A program made the translations under genes and the position numbers. A stretch of DNA of 64,000 nucleotides from Flavobacteriales bacterium (lineage in GTDB: Bacteria; Bacteroidota; Bacteroidia; Flavobacteriales_F; PHOS-HE28), in assembly GCA_046329115.1 (NCBI GenBank), contig JAXLVG010000001.1, forward strand, positions 61,287-125,286, read 5' to 3'. Position 1 is the first letter of the stretch; the number at the start of each line of letters is the position of its first letter. Of this stretch, positions 62,604 to 64,000 are shown piece by piece. The notes below the pieces were generated by a model. It worked only from the letters and a program-made list of their open reading frames with translations, did no database searches and had not been told where the DNA came from.

Positions 62604-64000
62604 ATGATGAGCACGAGGAAGTTCCTGGCCTGCTTCGCCTTCACCCTGATGTGCGCCACCCTCGCAGTGGGGCAGGGCAAGCCGAACGAGGCGGATGAAG
62701 CGTTCAAGGCTGGGCAGTACTTCAACGCGATCGAGCTCTACAAGAAGGCCTACACCCAGGAGAAGAAGGCCAGCACGAAGGCCGAGCTCATCTTCAAGGT
62801 GGCCGAGTGCTACCGCGTGCTGGGCGATGCGCCCAATGCGCAGGTGTGGTATGAGAAGGCCAACAAGGCGCAGTACACCGACCCGGTCACGTACTACTAC
62901 ATCGGGGAGGCGCTGAAGGAGCAGGGCAAGTATGCCGAGGCCATCGCCGCCTACAACAAGTACAAGGAGAAGAACCCCGGGGACTCCCGTGCGGACGCCA
63001 GCTTGGCCGCCTGCCAAATGGCACAGACCTGGAAGGATCAGCCCAGCCGATACACCGTGGACCCCGAGGTGCTGCTGAACACGCCGCAGTATGATTTCAG
63101 CGCGGCCTTCTCCGTGAAGAAGAACGACGAGGTGGTGTTCGCCAGCAGCCGTCAGGCCAGCACGGGCACGGAAACGGACGGGATCGCGGGCGAGAGCTTC
63201 CTGGACCTGTTCGCAAGCAGCCGCGACAAGCTTGGTAAGTGGAGCGAGCCGGTAAAGCTGCCGGTAACGATCAACACCCCGGCCCACGAGGGCAGTGCCA
63301 CGTTCAACAGCAAGCGCACGGTGATGTACTTCACCCGCTGCGAGCGTGAGAAGAAGAAGGCCTTCGGCTGCGAGATCTGGATGAGCAAGAAGGTGGGCAG
63401 CAACTATGCCGAGCCCGAGAAGCTCGTGCTGCACCCCCCGGTGGACGAGAAGGACTCCAACCAGGTGAAGCTGGGCCAGCCCACCTTGAGCAAGGATGAC
63501 GGCATCCTCATCTTCTCCAGCAACCAGAAGGGTGGCCAGGGCGGTAAGGACCTGTGGATGGTCCGTCTCGACAAGGACGGCAAGCCCACCGGGACTCCGA
63601 CGAACCTGGGTGCGGAGATCAACACCAAGAAGGACGAGCTGTTCCCGTTCCTGCGTGCGAACGGCAACCTGTACTTCAGCAGCGACGGGCACCCCGGCAT
63701 GGGCGGCCTCGACATCTTCATGGCCGAGAAGACCGGTGACAACACCTGGGGCCACGTGGAGAACATCAAGAGCCCCATCAACAGCAGCGGCGACGACTTC
63801 AGCATCGTCTTCGATGGCGACGAGGAGAAGGGCTACTTCACCAGCAACCGCCCCGGCGGCAAGGGTCAGGACGACATCTGGCGTTTCATGATGCCGAACC
63901 TGGAGTTCGCGCTGCAGGGCGTGTGCTACGACAAGGAGACGGGCCAGCCCTTGCCGGATACCAAGGTGGAAGTGGTCGGTACGGACGGCAGCAGCTTCAG
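62604..64000 (+). CDS. TPR + TolB-like (WD40/PD40) periplasmic protein, probably OmpA-family; 3' end beyond window
   Basis: Signal peptide MMSTRKFLACFAFTLMCATLAVGQ. TPR region (YFNAIELYKKAY, AQVWYEKA). PD40-like repeats (DLWMVRLDKDGK, LYFSSDGHPGMGGLDIFMAE, DDIWRF). Open at the window end, and not in the ORF track because it lacks a stop codon. Confidence 0.7.
   Translation, partial: MMSTRKFLACFAFTLMCATLAVGQGKPNEADEAFKAGQYFNAIELYKKAYTQEKKASTKAELIFKVAECYRVLGDAPNAQVWYEKANKAQYTDPVTYYYIGEALKEQGKYAEAIAAYNKYKEKNPGDSRADASLAACQMAQTWKDQPSRYTVDPEVLLNTPQYDFSAAFSVKKNDEVVFASSRQASTGTETDGIAGESFLDLFASSRDKLGKWSEPVKLPVTINTPAHEGSATFNSKRTVMYFTRCEREKKKAFGCEIWMSKKVGSNYAEPEKLVLHPPVDEKDSNQVKLGQPTLSKDDGILIFSSNQKGGQGGKDLWMVRLDKDGKPTGTPTNLGAEINTKKDELFPFLRANGNLYFSSDGHPGMGGLDIFMAEKTGDNTWGHVENIKSPINSSGDDFSIVFDGDEEKGYFTSNRPGGKGQDDIWRFMMPNLEFALQGVCYDKETGQPLPDTKVEVVGTDGSSF

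Overview
This 64 kb window is high-GC (about 68%) and looks like chromosomal DNA from a Bacteroidota bacterium. The phylum call is an inference from the gene content: fused SecDF, type III glutamine synthetase, and many proteins carrying type IX secretion system (T9SS) C-terminal domains (CTDs) of both type A and the gliding-motility type B. It opens with the 3' end of a 23S rRNA gene and a 5S rRNA gene with a terminator. Housekeeping genes follow or are interspersed: a TlpA-like thioredoxin, ispE, accA, dnaB, murB, ftsE, gyrB, mdh, secDF, tatA and glnA (GSIII). There is a small glycosylation locus (SAM methyltransferase, two PMT/ArnT-like GT-C membrane glycosyltransferases, a GT2 polyprenyl-phosphate sugar synthase). 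Several genes encode T9SS cargo: a penta-heme cytochrome c, an M28 peptidase, an FG-GAP/VCBS protein and a hypothetical protein. The standout region is 33.9-52.4 kb on the minus strand. An ECF sigma factor gene is followed 4 nt later by a gene for a membrane-anchored, anti-sigma-like protein whose extracytoplasmic part carries two PKD domains and a T9SS type-B CTD. After a hairpin terminator and a candidate ECF-type promoter come three tandem paralogous giant adhesin genes (1113, 1123 and about 3099 aa). All three have the architecture CUB-like - PKD - proprotein-convertase P-domain - Ig-like repeats - SprB repeats - type-B CTD. The largest contains about 26 tandem 79-aa (237-bp) repeats, several nearly identical at the DNA level. 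I saw no CRISPR array, transposase or integrase. A small low-GC islet encoding a lipoprotein sits between gyrB and the adhesin cluster. The many long antisense ORFs in the six-frame track are GC-driven shadow ORFs.
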